This document shows, piece by piece, positions 57,167 to 60,447 of a stretch of DNA of 60,447 nt. The stretch comes from a virus (lineage: Duplodnaviria; Caudoviricetes). The stretch is from IMG/VR virus record IMGVR_UViG_3300031885_000015, positions 1 to 60,447 of that record. One strand, given 5' to 3'. The position numbers were made by a program, and so were the translations under genes. The notes beneath the pieces were generated by a model that did no database searches, was not told the DNA's origin, and worked only from the letters and a program-made list of their open reading frames with translations. The first letter of the stretch is position 1. Each line of letters opens with the position of its first letter.

Positions 57167-58637
57167 GTTCTACACCTCCACTAAACAGCCTACCATCACC
57201 TACTGGTTTCTTCTCAGCTGCTGCGGCTGTAGCTGCAGCTGCCTCTGCTTCTGCGGCTGGATCGACATCACCAGTACCAGCTGGATCTGCAGTACCAGAA
57301 GAGGCCGCAGCTGCGTCCAAACCCGGGGCCTTCCGGGGCAAACTGGCAGTTTCTCTCAGATGATCTTCCAAGTTACGATCTGAGGACAATTGGAAGCCAG
57401 CTCCAGACATCGCCTGGATTAGTCTAGCTAGCTCTGTGAGACTCGGGGTCTCTACCTCTCCATGAATGAGCTTAGGTATCTTCCCTAAGCCCGGAAATGC
57501 CCCCCTATTCAGCTCGAACAAGCGAGGAATTCCATATCGATTAAACACGTCCGTTATGGAGTCTAGCCAAGCTTCGAGGGCTGCTGCAAATATGCTCTTC
57601 TTCACATCTGCTAGCGCGAAGCTACCTACTTTATCAGCCCCCAGGAGAACCATATCCGCTAGCATCGTGACAGCGATCCGTTGGTCGTATCTGTTTAGAA
57701 CTGCGCTAGTGTCGAACTGCCGCTGACTACCTGTGCTGAGGAGCACTAGCTCCCACCCGAAGGGAAGAACCACACCCTCGTTATGATCCCTACGAATATT
57801 ACGAACTAGCCTCTCAGCTCTGCTTCGAATAGCGACAGCATCCACATCATGCTCATTCCAGATATCGACACCCTCGGGTGGCTTCAAAACCGGCAAACCT
57901 GCCAGATCCCGCTCGATCCCGATACCTTCCAAGATCTCAATACGCGTCTTGAAGAACCACGGACGATAGGCATTTCGGAGGGCTGAATATCCCTCTGGGT
58001 TGTTACGCGTAACTTTGGTACGAAACATCAGGGACTTATCTATAGGGATCAGAACCCGCCGATAGTTCGGAGGGGCCTCTTGATAGGCTCCTGCTATCCC
58101 ACCGTCGTCATCGAATTTCCACTCTGCCAAGGTCTCCTGAGCGCGACCTGGCAGTCTCCTCCACCCGAACAAACCATCGTTGTGCTGACTTCTTCTATGT
58201 GGGTCTCTTGTGTCGCCCCCACGAATTTTGTACACTATCTCATGCCAAGCATGCCCAAAAGGTATCATAGTGAGAACTTCGGTGATGGTATCGGTCCAAG
58301 TAGTGCTCATATCCTCAAGGCAGGACTCGAGGAAGTCCTTTGCCTTAAGATCTACACTGCTCGATCCTTTTGCCTCGACCCTCCAAGAGGTCTTTCGTAT
58401 CAATTGCTCTACAGCAAACAGAACACCACCAATGGTGGGATCGTTCGATGACATCTCTTTGTAGATCTTGGCTGCCTGGGGCCATCGTAGGATCGGGAGG
58501 AACTCCTCATACACATATCCTCCGAACCTACTTAGGCCAGAGACACCAATCTCATCTAGCCTGACTCCCCCGCTGGCTGGACCAGCTATTTCGTCGGCTG
58601 CTTTCTCAGCTGCTTCGTACATTACTTCAGTCACCAC
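57156..58637 (-). CDS. Portal protein
   Basis: Follows TerL; NPEGYSALRNAYRPW, ERDLAGLP. Confidence 0.88.
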   Translation of the reverse strand: MVTEVMYEAAEKAADEIAGPASGGVRLDEIGVSGLSRFGGYVYEEFLPILRWPQAAKIYKEMSSNDPTIGGVLFAVEQLIRKTSWRVEAKGSSSVDLKAKDFLESCLEDMSTTWTDTITEVLTMIPFGHAWHEIVYKIRGGDTRDPHRRSQHNDGLFGWRRLPGRAQETLAEWKFDDDGGIAGAYQEAPPNYRRVLIPIDKSLMFRTKVTRNNPEGYSALRNAYRPWFFKTRIEILEGIGIERDLAGLPVLKPPEGVDIWNEHDVDAVAIRSRAERLVRNIRRDHNEGVVLPFGWELVLLSTGSQRQFDTSAVLNRYDQRIAVTMLADMVLLGADKVGSFALADVKKSIFAAALEAWLDSITDVFNRYGIPRLFELNRGAFPGLGKIPKLIHGEVETPSLTELARLIQAMSGAGFQLSSDRNLEDHLRETASLPRKAPGLDAAAASSGTADPAGTGDVDPAAEAEAAAATAAAAEKKPVGDGRLFSGGVERAV

Positions 58638-58665
58638 CTACTGATACTTTCCGTGCCTGTAGCTC

Positions 58666-60120
58666 TTATAGGTACCAGCTGGCACCGGTAGTACCAGTGT
58701 TGGAACTATCGAAGCCAACTGCATCATCAGCACTACCTGTACCAAGCGAGCTCCAGTACGACCCTTCTCCCATGACCTCCACCGGTAGGGCACCTGGAAT
58801 GGCACTCTTACGTAGTACCGAAAATCCTCCGCTAAGGGCATCCACCTGGTCATCATGAGATCCTCCGGGAAATAGCTCCAGCTCATCTAGGAACTCCAGA
58901 TTCCAGGGCCCTTGGACAAGCTTGACCCGGCCATGCTCCGCAGCTGAGCTGACAGGGTTGGCACGGATCACCTTCGACCCAGTCGAGCGGCTACCTCGGA
59001 ACGCATACCCTTTTAGTACCTCTCTGGCATAGTGATCGATAGTGTTGATACCGCTCGAGCCAGGTTCCTGCTCCATCCAGATACTGGTACCGTAGCCGTC
59101 CAAAGACGCTGTAAGCTTAACCAACGTCTCTACCTCTAGAGGAGTAGCTCTGATCCGACGAACGTCATGTACGCAGTAGATCCCCTTTGCTTCACTGAGC
59201 AAGACCCCGACAGTGTAGTCAGGGTCGTGGCCTCTCTTTGGTTCGCTAGCTGCGAGGTCCCAGAATCTAACTCTCCGACCTCCGAGAGCCCGTGGAGCCT
59301 CTGGAATGATCTCGAACCATGACCTCCGAAATAGCAATCCATCATTGCGAACGTCCCAGTTTCCATCTCTGAGCTGAGCCCTAGTGATAATGTCTAGCTC
59401 AGCCAGGCTCGCCTCATATGTCTCTGCATCTAGGTAGGGATTGTCCTCCAGCTTCGCTGGGATAAAGATCCGTCCCCTTCCACGACCCTCCGTTATGAAG
59501 CGTCGCTTCACCCATTCATGGCCTATACCACCAGGGTTACTCGCAGCCCTCATCCGAAGTGGTACGTTGGCACCATAGAGCCTTCTAAGCCGGCTGAACA
59601 TGTACCTATATGCAGTCTCCTCGAACTGAGTTAGCTCATCGAAGCCTATGTACTGAAACTCTGCGCTTTGGTAGCGATACTTGTCTGGCTCATGCTCTAG
59701 ATAGCCAAAAGTCACAGTAGCCCCACTAGGGAATGTGTAAGTCTTACTCTTCTCATTCCAGTGGACTTCCTCGTGAGCACTCAGCCACTCTCTAGCACGG
59801 TCCATTAGGGCACCTGGCAAGGTTAGGTCCGAGAATGTACGTCTGAACAGGATCGCAGAGTATCCTGGAACATCCACGTACTGAAGTGCTCCCATAAGAA
59901 GAGCCTCACTCTTCCCGCCCCCTGCTGCTCCGCCATACATTGCTTCTTGTACTAGCAGTAGCAAGAAGGCAGCCTGCTTTGGAGTAGGCTCGTGCGAGGC
60001 ATACTTGGTCGCCCGAGGAGTAGTCGCGACTTGAAGAGCCAAGAGATCCTGCTTGCTGAGTCCCAGCAGGCCCTCCTCTAGAGTACTTTCTGAAGTACTT
60101 TCTGACTCTCGTAGACTCAC
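58666..60120 (-). CDS. terL: Terminase large subunit
   Basis: YGGAAGGGKS, FDELTQF, ASNPGG, WDLA, HDDQVDA. Confidence 0.95.
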   Translation of the reverse strand: MSLRESESTSESTLEEGLLGLSKQDLLALQVATTPRATKYASHEPTPKQAAFLLLLVQEAMYGGAAGGGKSEALLMGALQYVDVPGYSAILFRRTFSDLTLPGALMDRAREWLSAHEEVHWNEKSKTYTFPSGATVTFGYLEHEPDKYRYQSAEFQYIGFDELTQFEETAYRYMFSRLRRLYGANVPLRMRAASNPGGIGHEWVKRRFITEGRGRGRIFIPAKLEDNPYLDAETYEASLAELDIITRAQLRDGNWDVRNDGLLFRRSWFEIIPEAPRALGGRRVRFWDLAASEPKRGHDPDYTVGVLLSEAKGIYCVHDVRRIRATPLEVETLVKLTASLDGYGTSIWMEQEPGSSGINTIDHYAREVLKGYAFRGSRSTGSKVIRANPVSSAAEHGRVKLVQGPWNLEFLDELELFPGGSHDDQVDALSGGFSVLRKSAIPGALPVEVMGEGSYWSSLGTGSADDAVGFDSSNTGTTGASWYL

Positions 60121-60150
60121 GACTGTTATCCTCCCTTAGCAGCCAGGGTC

Positions 60151-60447
60151 CTACTCTGCACCGGAGGCACCGGAGGTACCAGATAAGAGAGCCCTAGGCT
60201 GAAGTCTTTCTCGAATAGGTAGGGGCACATCTATGGACGGCCCAGCAGAGCTGGTTAGGCCAGGCAAGGCCCCAGATCGCGCAAGTATCTCTATGATCTC
60301 CCGTATCCTAGCAGTGCTCTGAGCCTCTCCAGTGTTCACAGTAGTTATCTGGACTACCGCACCAGCAGCCAAACCTTCACTCCCAGCAGGCTTGTCTGGA
60401 GGTAGCCCCCAGCTTAGTCTCTCGAGTCTCGTGGCAGTCTCTAGCAT
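60151..60447 (-). CDS. terS: Terminase small subunit-like protein, 3' part
   Basis: In frame with 128-775 across the join. Confidence 0.7.
   Translation of the reverse strand: MLETATRLERLSWGLPPDKPAGSEGLAAGAVVQITTVNTGEAQSTARIREIIEILARSGALPGLTSSAGPSIDVPLPIRERLQPRALLSGTSGASGAE
60321..60447. repeat. 127-bp terminal direct repeat, right copy
   Basis: Identical to 1-127. Confidence 0.95.

Overview
The window is an apparently complete ~60.3 kb tailed-phage (siphovirus-type) genome: the first and last 127 nt are identical, consistent with a circular assembly overlap. AGGAGG RBSs, sigmaA-type promoters and YyaC-, XkdF- and phi13-type genes point to a Bacillota host. No integrase was recognised. Layout: (i) a repeat-rich early/control region (0.9-7.1 kb) with three of four paralogous tandem-HTH genes and a probable origin; (ii) primase-helicase and ligase on the minus strand; (iii) many small accessory genes and tRNA-Leu(UAA); (iv) a replication/nucleotide operon (RuvC-like, SNF2, PD-(D/E)XK, AAA, SSB, UDG-fused PolA, SLOG, class II RNR); (v) lysis, tail, head and packaging genes on the minus strand. 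Two things stand out. First, a queD-queE-folE2-dpdL-like-mazG-dNMP kinase-dpdA3-like-polA block with no queC, which suggests nucleotide-level, possibly genome-wide, replacement of G by unsubstituted 7-deazaguanine. Second, an HTH gene (1097-1381) whose template strand is almost G-free (3 G in 353 nt), apparently recoded even at the amino-acid level. All family calls come from motif recognition by eye, not database searches.
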